Assembly: GCA_965214935.1 (NCBI GenBank)
Contig: CBDCCS010000022.1
Span: forward strand, 64,001 to 128,000
DNA length: 64,000 nucleotides
Direction of reading: 5' to 3'
Source: Candidatus Velthaea sp.
Lineage (GTDB): Bacteria > Vulcanimicrobiota > Vulcanimicrobiia > Vulcanimicrobiales > Vulcanimicrobiaceae
Part shown: piece by piece, positions 27,835-37,433 of the stretch
Layout: each line of letters opens with the position of its first letter
Position numbering within the stretch: the first letter of the stretch is position 1
Program-made: the position numbers and the translations under genes
Notes under the pieces: generated by a model
The model's database searches: none
What the model was told of the DNA's origin: nothing
What the model saw: the letters and a program-made list of their open reading frames with translations, nothing else

Positions 27835-28533
27835 TTACCCCGAGTTTGCCGGCGTAATCGCAACGTGCCGTTCAAAAAGCTTTTCAAACGGCTGTTGCTG
27901 CAGAGCCGTGACGAGCGCGAGGGGCGTATCGAACATCGCGTCGGCGGCTTCAAGGTCGGCAGGCGCCGACCCGCCGCAGCGAAGGGCGATACATTTGACG
28001 CCGGCGCGATGCGCAGCTTCAATATCGTATTTTGTATCGCCGATCATAACGGCATCCGCCGAAGACGTGCGGCTCCACGCCAAAGCGGCCGCGACAACGT
28101 CCGGATCCGGCTTCGACGCAGCAACTTCATCCGGCGAGACCGCGTGATCGAATAAGCCTGCGACGCCGGCAATTTCGAGCAGCGGTTCGAGTTCTTGCGG
28201 ACTGGCCGAACTTGCGACCACGCACGTGAGCCCAGCCGATTTTACGAACAAAACGAGTTCACGGGCACCTGGAAACGCGACGAGTTGCGGCAGATAGCGG
28301 GAAAGGAAAATTGCTTTCCGGCGATTTTTCGCCGACGCGGCTTGCTCGCTATCGGCCGCAAAGCCGAGAGCGAGCGAATCCATCAGCTTATCGGCGCCCA
28401 TGCCGATGAGCGGCCGGATGCGGTCGAACGGAACGCTTAGACCGCCCTCCGCGAAGGCATCGACCCAAGATTGCGCGTGAGCGTCATTACTGTCATCGAG
28501 CGTTCCGTCGATGTCGAAGAAGACGCTCTTCAT
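27835..28533 (-). CDS. HAD family hydrolase
   Basis: FDIDGTL, ASSA, SKPDPD, IGDTKYDI. Confidence 0.9.
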   Translation of the reverse strand: MKSVFFDIDGTLDDSNDAHAQSWVDAFAEGGLSVPFDRIRPLIGMGADKLMDSLALGFAADSEQAASAKNRRKAIFLSRYLPQLVAFPGARELVLFVKSAGLTCVVASSASPQELEPLLEIAGVAGLFDHAVSPDEVAASKPDPDVVAAALAWSRTSSADAVMIGDTKYDIEAAHRAGVKCIALRCGGSAPADLEAADAMFDTPLALVTALQQQPFEKLFERHVAITPANSG

Positions 28534-28540
28534 GCCGCGC

Positions 28541-29080
28541 CTACTTCATCGCCGGCATTTGCATGCCGACCATTCCGACCTTTGCAATGTCGCGACGATC
28601 CATCGAGATGTGAGCCGCGATAACCGGTATGGTCTGCTTGGCGAACGCGACAAGCGAGGTATCCGACCCGTTGGCGGCCTCCATCTTGAACAATGAAAGC
28701 ACTTTGCGATGTGCCGGCAATTGCGATTTGAGGTACATCGCATCGAACGCCGGACCGTTGAGCGCCTGCAATTTGCCCATCAACGCTTCATTCTTCGGAC
28801 CGACGCTACTGGGGGCCATGAGGCCGTCACCCTTCATGATCGTGGCCAATTGTGCGTTGGCTTTCGAGTGATCGGCGTTCATCGCGCGAGCGAAAGACAG
28901 CACTTGCGGGTTGCTCGATTTCTGCATTGCAAGTGCCGCCAATTTGACTTCCGTCATACCGGCTTGGGCGGCTTTAATTGCAAACATCGTGTCTTGCGAA
29001 CTGGGCATCGCGCTAGCGGCTAACGGCAACGCTGCCAATACGGCGGCTAGCGCGGCGATCCGACGGGTGAATTCGTTCAT
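28541..29080 (-). CDS. DUF4142 exported protein
   Basis: Signal peptide; AAQAGMTEVKLA, FARAMNADH, FDAMY, EAANGSD...FAKQTIPVIAAH. Confidence 0.85.
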   Translation of the reverse strand: MNEFTRRIAALAAVLAALPLAASAMPSSQDTMFAIKAAQAGMTEVKLAALAMQKSSNPQVLSFARAMNADHSKANAQLATIMKGDGLMAPSSVGPKNEALMGKLQALNGPAFDAMYLKSQLPAHRKVLSLFKMEAANGSDTSLVAFAKQTIPVIAAHISMDRRDIAKVGMVGMQMPAMK

Positions 29081-29213
29081 GCGGAGCGATCCTTTCAAGC
29101 GATAATAAGAGCGAAGATGATGAATTGTGCAGCGATTAACGCGAACTCAAACGGCTTCCCTAGAAGCCGAGTTATCGAGCGCCGCTCTACTGCGAAGCGC
29201 GCAATTTGGATAC

Positions 29214-30029
29214 ATGGAACGAATGAACAGCACCGCAACATCCGCCCGACGTCCGATTGCCGTCGTAACCGGCGCCTCGAGCGGCATCGGCTTTGAACTT
29301 GCCAAGCAATTCGCGCAAAACGGTTATGACTTGATCGTTGCAGCTGAAGATAACGGTATCTCTGCTGCAGCAAGCGCGCTTGAAGGCTTGGGCGGTACCG
29401 TCAACGCCGTTCGGGTGGATCTCGCTGCACCAGGCGGCGTCGACGAACTCATCGCCGTCATCCGGTCGGGCGCCATCCCCGACGCAGTTGCTATTAACGC
29501 GGGTATCGGCGTCGGCGGTGCTTTTCAGACGACCGATCTTGCAACAGAGGAGCGGCTCATCGATCTTAATTGCAAATCGAGCGTATCGCTCGCAAAACAC
29601 GTCGTACCGATGATGACGCAACGGGGCAGTGGCCGCATCCTCTTTACGGCGTCGATAGCGGCATTGATGCCGAGTCCGTTCGAGGCTGTTTACGGCGCCT
29701 CAAAGGCCTTCGTTCATTCGTTTGCCTTAGCGCTTCGGAACGAACTTAAAGACACCGGCGTCAGCGTAACGGCGCTCATGCCCGGCCCAACCGAGACAAA
29801 CTTCTTTCATCGCGCGGATATGGACGATACGCCGGTCGGTGGTGATCAGAAAGACGAAGCGGCGCTCGTTGCAAAACAGGGCTTTGACGCGCTCATGGCC
29901 GGACATGACGAAGTCATAGCAGGTTCGCTAAAAACAAAGGTCCAGGCGGCCGTCATTCGCCCGTTACCAAACATGGTTAAAGCCGAAGTCCATCGCGGAA
30001 TGTTCGAACCGGATCCGGCAAAGCACTGA
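29214..30029 (+). CDS. SDR family oxidoreductase
   Basis: TGASSGIG, NAG, YGASK, PGPTET. Start 29214 or 29223. Confidence 0.92.
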   Translation: MERMNSTATSARRPIAVVTGASSGIGFELAKQFAQNGYDLIVAAEDNGISAAASALEGLGGTVNAVRVDLAAPGGVDELIAVIRSGAIPDAVAINAGIGVGGAFQTTDLATEERLIDLNCKSSVSLAKHVVPMMTQRGSGRILFTASIAALMPSPFEAVYGASKAFVHSFALALRNELKDTGVSVTALMPGPTETNFFHRADMDDTPVGGDQKDEAALVAKQGFDALMAGHDEVIAGSLKTKVQAAVIRPLPNMVKAEVHRGMFEPDPAKH

Positions 30030-30030
30030 T

Positions 30031-31200
30031 CTACGGAACGAAAACCGCGCGAATGCAGCCTTCTTCTTTCGACTTAAAGAGTTCGTAACCGCGCGGCGAA
30101 TCTTCGAGTGAGAAGCGATGCGTTGCCAGCGGCGACGCGTCGAACTCGCCGCGAGCAGCATGGCCAAGCAGTCGCGGCACATATTTTTGGCCGTGCTGCT
30201 GGGCGGTACGTACGGTGACTCCCTTATTCATGAGAACGCCTAAGGGAAACTTGTCGAGCACCCCGTAGACACCTAAGATAACGAGCGTTCCGCCTTTGCG
30301 GCAGGCCACGATCGCTTGACGTAAAGCCGACCCGCGGTCGGTTTCTGAGCGCAGGGCTTGTTTAACGCGATCGTAGGCATAACCGATGCCGGTGCCGTGC
30401 GCCTCCATGCCGACGGCTTCGATGCAAGCGTCGGGACCGCGTCCGCCGGTCATTGCCTTGAGCGTTTCAACGACACTCTCAACCGCCGTGTAATCGATCG
30501 TCTCGGCTCCGGCAAAGTCGCGCGCGAGTTGCAAGCGCTCGGGAAACCGGTCGATTGCAATCACCTTGTGCGCGCCAAGCAGATACGCCGATTTTTGCGC
30601 GACCAGACCGACGCCCCCGCAACCCCAGACGGCGACGGTGTCGCCGCGCTTGATCGAACAGAGGTCGGCCCCCATGTAGCCGGTCGGGCCGGCATCGGAA
30701 AGAAAGACGGCCTGCTCGTCACGCAGTTGTTCGGGTACCGGAAAACAGTTGACATCGGCAAACGGCACGCGCACGAACGTTGCGTGCGCTCCGGCATAAC
30801 CGCCGAAGGCGTGCGTGTAGCCGTAAATACCAGCCGTCGCATCACCGAAGAGCGGGTCTTGCATGTATGCATGCGGATTGGTGTTGTCGCACAACGACCA
30901 GAGGTCGTTACGACAGTACCAACATTCGCCGCAACAGATGAACGACGGCACGACGACGCGCTGACCGCGGACGAGCTTCGCCACATCGGCACCGATCTCA
31001 ACGACCTCGCCCATGAATTCGTGACCGATGATATCGCCGGCAAGCATCGTCGGTAAGAAGCCGTCGATGAAATGCAGATCCGAACCGCACGTCGTCGACA
31101 TTGTGACTCGCAAAACGGCATCGCGCGGACTTACGATGGTCGGATCGGGAACGGTTTGTACGCGAAGATCGTTGACCCCGTTCCAACACAAGGCACGCAT
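30031..31200 (-). CDS. Zinc-dependent alcohol dehydrogenase (YbdR/FdhA-like MDR)
   Basis: CGSDLH, GHEFMG, CGECWYC...C, GCGGVG. Confidence 0.93.
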   Translation of the reverse strand: MRALCWNGVNDLRVQTVPDPTIVSPRDAVLRVTMSTTCGSDLHFIDGFLPTMLAGDIIGHEFMGEVVEIGADVAKLVRGQRVVVPSFICCGECWYCRNDLWSLCDNTNPHAYMQDPLFGDATAGIYGYTHAFGGYAGAHATFVRVPFADVNCFPVPEQLRDEQAVFLSDAGPTGYMGADLCSIKRGDTVAVWGCGGVGLVAQKSAYLLGAHKVIAIDRFPERLQLARDFAGAETIDYTAVESVVETLKAMTGGRGPDACIEAVGMEAHGTGIGYAYDRVKQALRSETDRGSALRQAIVACRKGGTLVILGVYGVLDKFPLGVLMNKGVTVRTAQQHGQKYVPRLLGHAARGEFDASPLATHRFSLEDSPRGYELFKSKEEGCIRAVFVP

Positions 31201-31239
31201 TGCTAGTCTCCTTCTGCCGAGCGACGTGCTAGCCGTTCG

Positions 31240-31770
31240 CTAGCGGCGACCCGACGAGTTGCATTCGAGCGACGGAAGTTCACCGGTTTCACATAGGCTT
31301 TTAAACCGGCGTAACGCCGCGAGCAGCGCCGGGCCGACAATTGCGGCGGGCAGGCGAGTCTGCAGCCGCAAAGCGACTTCCGTACCGCGATCGTCCGGTG
31401 CGGCCCGAAAACGCGCGCTGCCTGCAAACGTGCCGGTGTCGGTCGCCCAGCGCAACGTATCGCCCGGAATATCGGAAAACACCGCTGTTTCAAACGTCGT
31501 TTTGCCCAGGCCATGCACGTCCCAGCGCAGACGTCCCCCGCCGGCCGGCGTAACGTCGGCGAACGGCTCCATGACGGTCGGAAGCATGTCGAACCAGCGA
31601 GCTTGCAACTCGCCGGTCTCACGTCCGATGCTGATGCTGCGCTCGACGCCGTCTCGTTTGCGGGCTGCCGATCGGGCCGCTCGTAGCGCCAGACCAATAC
31701 CAGCGATCGTCGCGGTGCCGACGAGGCCGGCGACAAGGCGCCGAATCCGCCGTTTGGCCGTTTCATCCAT
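31240..31770 (-). CDS. SRPBCC/polyketide cyclase family protein
   Basis: VERSISI, GSARFRAAPDDRGTEV and LRRFKSLCETGELP. Commonly paired with YbdR-type dehydrogenases. Confidence 0.8.
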   Translation of the reverse strand: MDETAKRRIRRLVAGLVGTATIAGIGLALRAARSAARKRDGVERSISIGRETGELQARWFDMLPTVMEPFADVTPAGGGRLRWDVHGLGKTTFETAVFSDIPGDTLRWATDTGTFAGSARFRAAPDDRGTEVALRLQTRLPAAIVGPALLAALRRFKSLCETGELPSLECNSSGRR

Positions 31771-32016
31771 GTTACGGCGCGACGATCGGCGCGCAGCAAG
31801 CAATCATGCAGTCCATCCTCCGGTCGAACACTGATGTAAGCCAATCACCTTCGAGCGCGCATGACAATGCGTGCTTCGGGCAGTCACCGGCGTTTCGCGC
31901 GTCGCAAGTGGGCAGAGTCGCTTGCATTCTCGGAGACACACCGACCCCTTGCGTGTGTCTGATTGAAAACCGGGTACCTCGCTCTATCATGATTGATCGT
32001 CGATTGGTTCTGCGCC

Positions 32017-33051
32017 ATGTCCGTTAAGCGCAGCGACTTTCTTACCCGGTTAGCCGGTGCTTCCGCGAGCGTCGTAACGGCAGCCGCCGTTCCGGACGCC
32101 GTTAGCGCTCAGAGCACGCCGGGCGTCATCCCAAAGCGCAAATTCGGCCGGCATTCCGACATGATCTCGATCATCGGTCTCGGCGGACATCACATCGGTA
32201 ATGCCGCTTCGTTAAGCGATGCAACGGCGATCGTGCACGAAGCCGTCGACAATGGCGTGACGTTCTTCGACAATGCCTGGGAGTACAACAACCACCGGTC
32301 GGAAGAATGGCTCGGGGCGGCGTTACGCGGCGGTTATCGCGAGCGAGTCTTTCTCATGACCAAGGTGTGCACGCATGGACGCGATGCGAGTGTCGCCATG
32401 CAGCAGCTTGAAGAGTCGCTCACGCGACTAGGTACCGATCATCTCGATCTTTGGCAAGTCCATGCCGTGGTTTACGATAACGATCCGGATCTTGCGTATC
32501 GTACGAACGGCGTCATCGAAGCACTCGACAAAGCAAAGGCGCAAGGTAAAGTCCGGCATGTCGGCTTTACCGGTCATAAAGATCCACGCATACACAAACG
32601 AATGATCGATATGGGCTACGCGTGGGATTCCGTCCAATTCCCGATCAACGCCTTCGACGCGCAGTTTCGCAGCTTTCAACACATCGTCTTGCCCGACGCC
32701 GTTCAGCGCGGCATTGCGGTGCTCGGTATGAAGCCGTTCAACGGTCGCGGCGATCCGTTTCACCGCGGCGATGTTCCGCTTACGCCGCAACAGGCGTTGC
32801 GCTACGCGATGAGCGTCCCGGGCGTAACAACGACGATCACCGGCATGGAATCGTTGCCGGTTTTGCGCCAGAATCTCGCCATCGCTAAAGGTTTTACGCC
32901 GATGACCAGCGCGGAAATGCAAGGCGTCGAAACGGCGCTCGCGCCGTTCTCCGGCGACGGCGGTTTCGAACAATACAAAACATCGCTTGCATACGACGAC
33001 GTCGTCACGCGTCAAATGCACGGCATGCCTTTACGAGGAGCGTCGGCATGA
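32017..33051 (+). CDS. Aldo/keto reductase with Tat-like signal peptide
   Basis: MSVKRSDFL...AVSA signal; FFDNAWEY, MTKV, DLWQVH, GFTGH. Confidence 0.88.
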   Translation: MSVKRSDFLTRLAGASASVVTAAAVPDAVSAQSTPGVIPKRKFGRHSDMISIIGLGGHHIGNAASLSDATAIVHEAVDNGVTFFDNAWEYNNHRSEEWLGAALRGGYRERVFLMTKVCTHGRDASVAMQQLEESLTRLGTDHLDLWQVHAVVYDNDPDLAYRTNGVIEALDKAKAQGKVRHVGFTGHKDPRIHKRMIDMGYAWDSVQFPINAFDAQFRSFQHIVLPDAVQRGIAVLGMKPFNGRGDPFHRGDVPLTPQQALRYAMSVPGVTTTITGMESLPVLRQNLAIAKGFTPMTSAEMQGVETALAPFSGDGGFEQYKTSLAYDDVVTRQMHGMPLRGASA

Positions 33052-33977
33052 TGCCCGCAGGTTCCGTCCCGCACCGTCCGTTCAAAGGTTCGTCTGTGTC
33101 GATCATCGGTGTCGGCGGGTCGGCGCTCGGCGATATGCCGGACGAAAGCGAAGCCGGCCGGTTAGTCGACGAGGCGCTCGATGCCGGCATCAATTTCTTC
33201 GATAACGCTTGGGAGTATCATGACGGCCAAAGTGAGGAACGGTTAGGCCGGCTTCTGCGCGGCAAGCGCGATCGCGCATTTCTCATGACCAAAGTGTGTT
33301 CGCACGGGCGCGGTAAGGCTGTTGCCATGCAGATGCTCGAAGATTCACTGCGCCGGTTACAAACGGACCATCTCGACCTTTGGCAGATTCACGAGGTCGT
33401 TTATGATAACGATCCCGATCTTCATTTCGCCCACGACGGTGCCGTCGAGGCATTGACGCAAGCCAAGCAGCAGGGAAAAGTCCGGTTCGTCGGCTTCACC
33501 GGTCATAAAGATCCCGATATCCATTTAAAAATGCTGTCGCACCGGTATCCCTTCGATACCGTTCAAATGCCGATCAATCCGTTTGACAAACATTATCGCA
33601 GTTTTCAAGAACGCGTTTTGCCCGAAGCGCGCCGGCAAAACATCGCGGTGATTTCGATGAAATCGATGGGCGGTAGCGGTGAGCCGGTGAAAGCCGGGGC
33701 CGCAACGCCGCAAGAGTTGCTCCATTACGCGATGAGCGTCCCCGGCGTGCTCACGACCGTGAGCGGCATGGATACCTACAACGTCTTCCGGCAGAACCTC
33801 GCAATTGCCGGAGCGTTTACGCCGATGACTGTTGCCGAGCGCAGTGCGCTTGAGACGCGCGTGGCCGCGATTGCCGGGGATGGCCGGCTCGAACACTATA
33901 AATCGACAAAGCTTTACGACGCTGCAGTCGGCCGGCACGAGCACGGTTTCCCATCGTTAATGGAGCTTCCAGCATGA
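33048..33977 (+). CDS. Aldo/keto reductase (paralogue, no signal peptide)
   Basis: FFDNAWEY, MTKVCSHGR, DLWQIH, GFTGHKDP. ATGA-coupled to the upstream paralogue. Confidence 0.9.
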   Translation: MMPAGSVPHRPFKGSSVSIIGVGGSALGDMPDESEAGRLVDEALDAGINFFDNAWEYHDGQSEERLGRLLRGKRDRAFLMTKVCSHGRGKAVAMQMLEDSLRRLQTDHLDLWQIHEVVYDNDPDLHFAHDGAVEALTQAKQQGKVRFVGFTGHKDPDIHLKMLSHRYPFDTVQMPINPFDKHYRSFQERVLPEARRQNIAVISMKSMGGSGEPVKAGAATPQELLHYAMSVPGVLTTVSGMDTYNVFRQNLAIAGAFTPMTVAERSALETRVAAIAGDGRLEHYKSTKLYDAAVGRHEHGFPSLMELPA

Positions 33978-34561
33978 TCGCCGTTCTCGCCCTTCTAACG
34001 GTCCTTGCTCAAGCGACCGTTACGACGCCGCCGCCGGCTCCGGTCCGCCAAAATCAAGCGCCGGTTCGCGAGCAGCCGGCACCATTCATGATCCCGCCCG
34101 TGCCGGGTGTCGATCGAACCTTCGCGCTAGCGGCGATGCAAGGCAACGACGCGGAGATTGCCATGGCGCAGCTTGCGTTGAAGCGGGCGAGCGCACCGGA
34201 TATCAAAGGATACGCACAAAAGATGGTCGGCGAGCATATGGGTTTAGCCGACGATATGCAGCCGTCGCTTCTGCGTATCGGCGGTCCGCCGCCGACGATG
34301 CGCCTCAACGCGGCGGATACGCTCGCATACACGCATCTGCAAACCATTTCCGACGTCGACTTCGACCAAACGTATGCATTGGTTCAAGTCAGCGATCATA
34401 TGGCGACGCTGACGGCTTTCCAAACCGAAGCCGACAACGGTACCGACCCGCAGTTAAAGATGCTGGCGCGGAAGTGGATGCCGACCATTCAGGCGCATTT
34501 GGAGCTCGCCGTCAATCTGGCGCAGCGCATCGGCGGCGCGTCACCGTTGCACGCGCAGTAG
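33974..34561 (+). CDS. DUF4142 exported protein
   Basis: Signal peptide; AMQGNDAEIAMAQLA, YAQKMVGEH, FDQTY, EADNGTDPQLK...PTIQAHL. Confidence 0.85.
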   Translation: MIAVLALLTVLAQATVTTPPPAPVRQNQAPVREQPAPFMIPPVPGVDRTFALAAMQGNDAEIAMAQLALKRASAPDIKGYAQKMVGEHMGLADDMQPSLLRIGGPPPTMRLNAADTLAYTHLQTISDVDFDQTYALVQVSDHMATLTAFQTEADNGTDPQLKMLARKWMPTIQAHLELAVNLAQRIGGASPLHAQ

Positions 34562-34647
34562 GCTCGCGGCCATTGGGTGCTGAGATCTTCTGCTCGCACC
34601 TGGACGCTCGGAGATGTTTGCGCTGTAAACGGGTAATCGTCCAAGAT

Positions 34648-34956
34648 ATGAAGCGCACGCAAATACGTTACGCCTTTGCATTGGTTCTCGCCGTATCGCT
34701 ACTTTTCGCTGTTGCTCGTAGCGCTGCAATCGCGCAATCTGCGGCACCCATTACGCTGCCGACGGCACCCGGAGCCGATCGCGCCGTCAACGGCGGCCTA
34801 ACCGGTGCTAAAGCTTCGCTTCCGGGCGGACCCGATCGCTCGCCGCTCGAGCCGTTTCTCGTCTTTTGGCTATTACCGGCAAGCGGTATCCTGTGTGTTG
34901 CCGCAGGTATCTATGTCGACCGGCGGGTGATCGCAAAATCTAAGCCGCGGCGATAA
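34648..34956 (+). CDS. Small secreted/membrane-anchored hypothetical protein
   Basis: Signal peptide, Pro-rich linker, C-terminal TM helix and basic tail. Confidence 0.55.
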   Translation: MKRTQIRYAFALVLAVSLLFAVARSAAIAQSAAPITLPTAPGADRAVNGGLTGAKASLPGGPDRSPLEPFLVFWLLPASGILCVAAGIYVDRRVIAKSKPRR

Positions 34957-35013
34957 GCGTTGGGCCTTCAGTGACGTCGGACGAGGTCCCACTTACACTC
35001 GAAGGAGCTAATA

Positions 35014-36876
35014 CTGCAGCTTATCGCCCGAGCCGCCCTTGCGCTCGCTGCAGTCGGTGCTGTTGCTGCGCCCGCTGGTGCTGCTATCCTACGACACGCG
35101 ACCACTTCTCTTGTTCCTGTAGTTACCTCAACGCATGCATTTCCGGCCCTTAAAGGCACGACCGACTTAGGCGTCGTGCCTGAATCGATGCCCATGCACA
35201 TCGTCGTCGGCCTGACACCTCGCAATGCTTCGATGTTTGCGCAGATCATCAAACATCAAGGCAGCGTGGGCGATCCACTGTTCGAGCATTACTTAACTCC
35301 ATCTCAAGTTGCTATGGCGTTTGCTCCAGCCGGCGCTTCGGTTCAAGCCGTTGCATCGTATTTGGTGCAAAGCGGCTTCAAGAACGTCACGGTCACGCCG
35401 GATAATCTGCTTATCTCGGGCTACGGCACAGCCGCACAAACCAATGCCGCGTTCTTCACCAAGATCGATGTCTTAAGCTTAAACGGTAACAAGATCTATG
35501 CAAACGTGAAGCCGGCGCTGGTCCCGGCTTCGCTCGGCGGGATCGTCACCGCCGTACTTGGCCTAAACAGCTATGAGTTGCGTCCGGCGTTACATCTCGC
35601 TCCGGCTGCAATCCAATCGGCATTGCGCGTAAATGGTGAGTGTGCTTTGCGCTCGTCCGCGTTTGCCGCGCCGGCGGCCGCCGCTACGCAGCCGTGCGCT
35701 ACGCCGGTAGCCGGGATCTGCACGTTGAACGAGTATTCAGCGACGGGCTTTCAGCTTGCATACGATTCGCCGCAGGACGCGGGTAACACAAACTCCTGGG
35801 GCTATACCGGTAAGAGTACGCCGATTGCCGTCTTTACCGAGGGCGACATGAGCGTCGTGCTGACGGATCTCGTGAAGTACGAGAATGCGAACATTCCGGT
35901 TCTGCCGCAAATAGCTACCAAAGTTATCAACGCAGGTATCGCCAACCCGGACCGGTCGGGTCAAGACGAATGGGACCTCGATTCGCAGACCAGTACCGGC
36001 ATGGCCGGCAACGTCAAAGAGCTTTACTTTTATGTCGCGGCGACCCTGACCGATTCTGATACGGCCGTCGACTTCGATCGGTTTAAAACCGACGACATCG
36101 CAAAGGCGGGAAGTGCCTCCTTCGGTGAGTGTGAGATCTTCCCGATGCTCGACGGTGCCGAAGTGCTCGAAGATACCATCTTTGCCGAAGCGGCCGTCCA
36201 AGGACAAACGGTCTTCTCGTCGGCCGGCGACAATGGCACGACGTGCCCGGTCGGCGCCTCAACCGGCGTTCCGGGCACGGGTCTTCCCGCCCAAAGTTAC
36301 CCCGGAGTTTCGCCGTACGTCGTAAGCGTCGGCGGTACGACGCTGTTAACGAACGCCGGCAGCGGTACGTACAATTCTGAAGTGGCTTGGTACGGCACCG
36401 GCGGCGGAACCAGCGTTTCGGAGAACGCCCCCTTTTGGCAAGCGGGAGTCGTCTCACCGGCGGCGTCCAAGGCAGCACTCAAACAAGTGCCGGACGTTGC
36501 CATGGACGCCGATCCGAATACCGGCGCCGGCATATTCGTCAGCGGCGTACTAACCGGCGTGGGCGGCACGAGTCTCTCTTCGCCGCTCAGTCTTGGTGTT
36601 TGGGCGCGGCTCGAAACCTATCGCTCGAACAAACTCGGGTTTGCAGCGCCGCTTTTGTATAAAGAGTATAAAAATTATACGACGTATAACGCAACGCTCG
36701 GTCAGTACGTACCGCCAACACCGCCTGCTGGAGGGCTTACACAGGTAGTTGGCGGTTTTCACGACGTGCTCACCGGATCGAACGGAACTCCGGCACTACC
36801 GGGCTATGATACGACAACCGGGGTCGGCACTTTCGACATCTCCAAACAGTTCATCGACCTGCCGACAGCTTACTAA
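35014..36876 (+). CDS. S53 (sedolisin/kumamolisin) serine protease with pro-domain
   Basis: Pro-domain (YLTPSQVA...FAP), EWDLD, SAGDNG, VPDVAMDADP, GGTSLSSP, GYDTTTGVG. The signal peptide lies upstream of the GTG at 35176, implying a CTG start after AGGAG. Confidence 0.9.
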   Translation: MQLIARAALALAAVGAVAAPAGAAILRHATTSLVPVVTSTHAFPALKGTTDLGVVPESMPMHIVVGLTPRNASMFAQIIKHQGSVGDPLFEHYLTPSQVAMAFAPAGASVQAVASYLVQSGFKNVTVTPDNLLISGYGTAAQTNAAFFTKIDVLSLNGNKIYANVKPALVPASLGGIVTAVLGLNSYELRPALHLAPAAIQSALRVNGECALRSSAFAAPAAAATQPCATPVAGICTLNEYSATGFQLAYDSPQDAGNTNSWGYTGKSTPIAVFTEGDMSVVLTDLVKYENANIPVLPQIATKVINAGIANPDRSGQDEWDLDSQTSTGMAGNVKELYFYVAATLTDSDTAVDFDRFKTDDIAKAGSASFGECEIFPMLDGAEVLEDTIFAEAAVQGQTVFSSAGDNGTTCPVGASTGVPGTGLPAQSYPGVSPYVVSVGGTTLLTNAGSGTYNSEVAWYGTGGGTSVSENAPFWQAGVVSPAASKAALKQVPDVAMDADPNTGAGIFVSGVLTGVGGTSLSSPLSLGVWARLETYRSNKLGFAAPLLYKEYKNYTTYNATLGQYVPPTPPAGGLTQVVGGFHDVLTGSNGTPALPGYDTTTGVGTFDISKQFIDLPTAY

Positions 36877-36879
36877 ATG

Positions 36880-37270
36880 AGCACTGCTGCGCCGCGCCGT
36901 CGGGCCGGCGCAGAATTCAATGAACTGCATATAACGGGCCGTCCATTGGAACATCACCCGGCTTCGTCCATGACTTTAAAGAAGTTCGACGAAGAATTGC
37001 GGCATCGCGGCACGCTTTGCCGTGTGCTCGACCGACCTGAACATCGAAAAGGCATTCACGACGTCTCAAATATCGGCGCCGATGATTCGGTGTTGCATCA
37101 CGTATCGGTGCGCTTGCCGGTAAACGTACGAATGTGATCGCTCGCATCGGCGGCGATGCTTTTGCCGACCGGGTTCAATCGACTCTATGCCTGCCGACCT
37201 TGTGTCCGGGAAAGCCATTGACGGTGAAGGCGAGATCGGCATTGCGCTGTGCAAAAGCTGCAACCCGCGA
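36880..37270 (-). pseudogene. Possible degraded amidohydrolase_2 remnant
   Basis: Stop-interrupted translations VAAFAQRNADLAF and HTAKRAAMPQFFVELL*SHGRSRVMF weakly resemble amidohydrolase_2 segments. Confidence 0.25.
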
Positions 37271-37433
37271 TTGTTCGCGTGTTCTGTCAACCGATCGTCA
37301 AGCTGACCGATAGCAAAGGCCGTGCTCGACGGCGGCGCAAGTCTACCCCCGTTCTCCACGATTACGCGGAACGAGCGCTCGCGCTACGATACAGGCGTGC
37401 CGTGTGCGAATTGGTAAGTCGGAAGTTGTCCCG

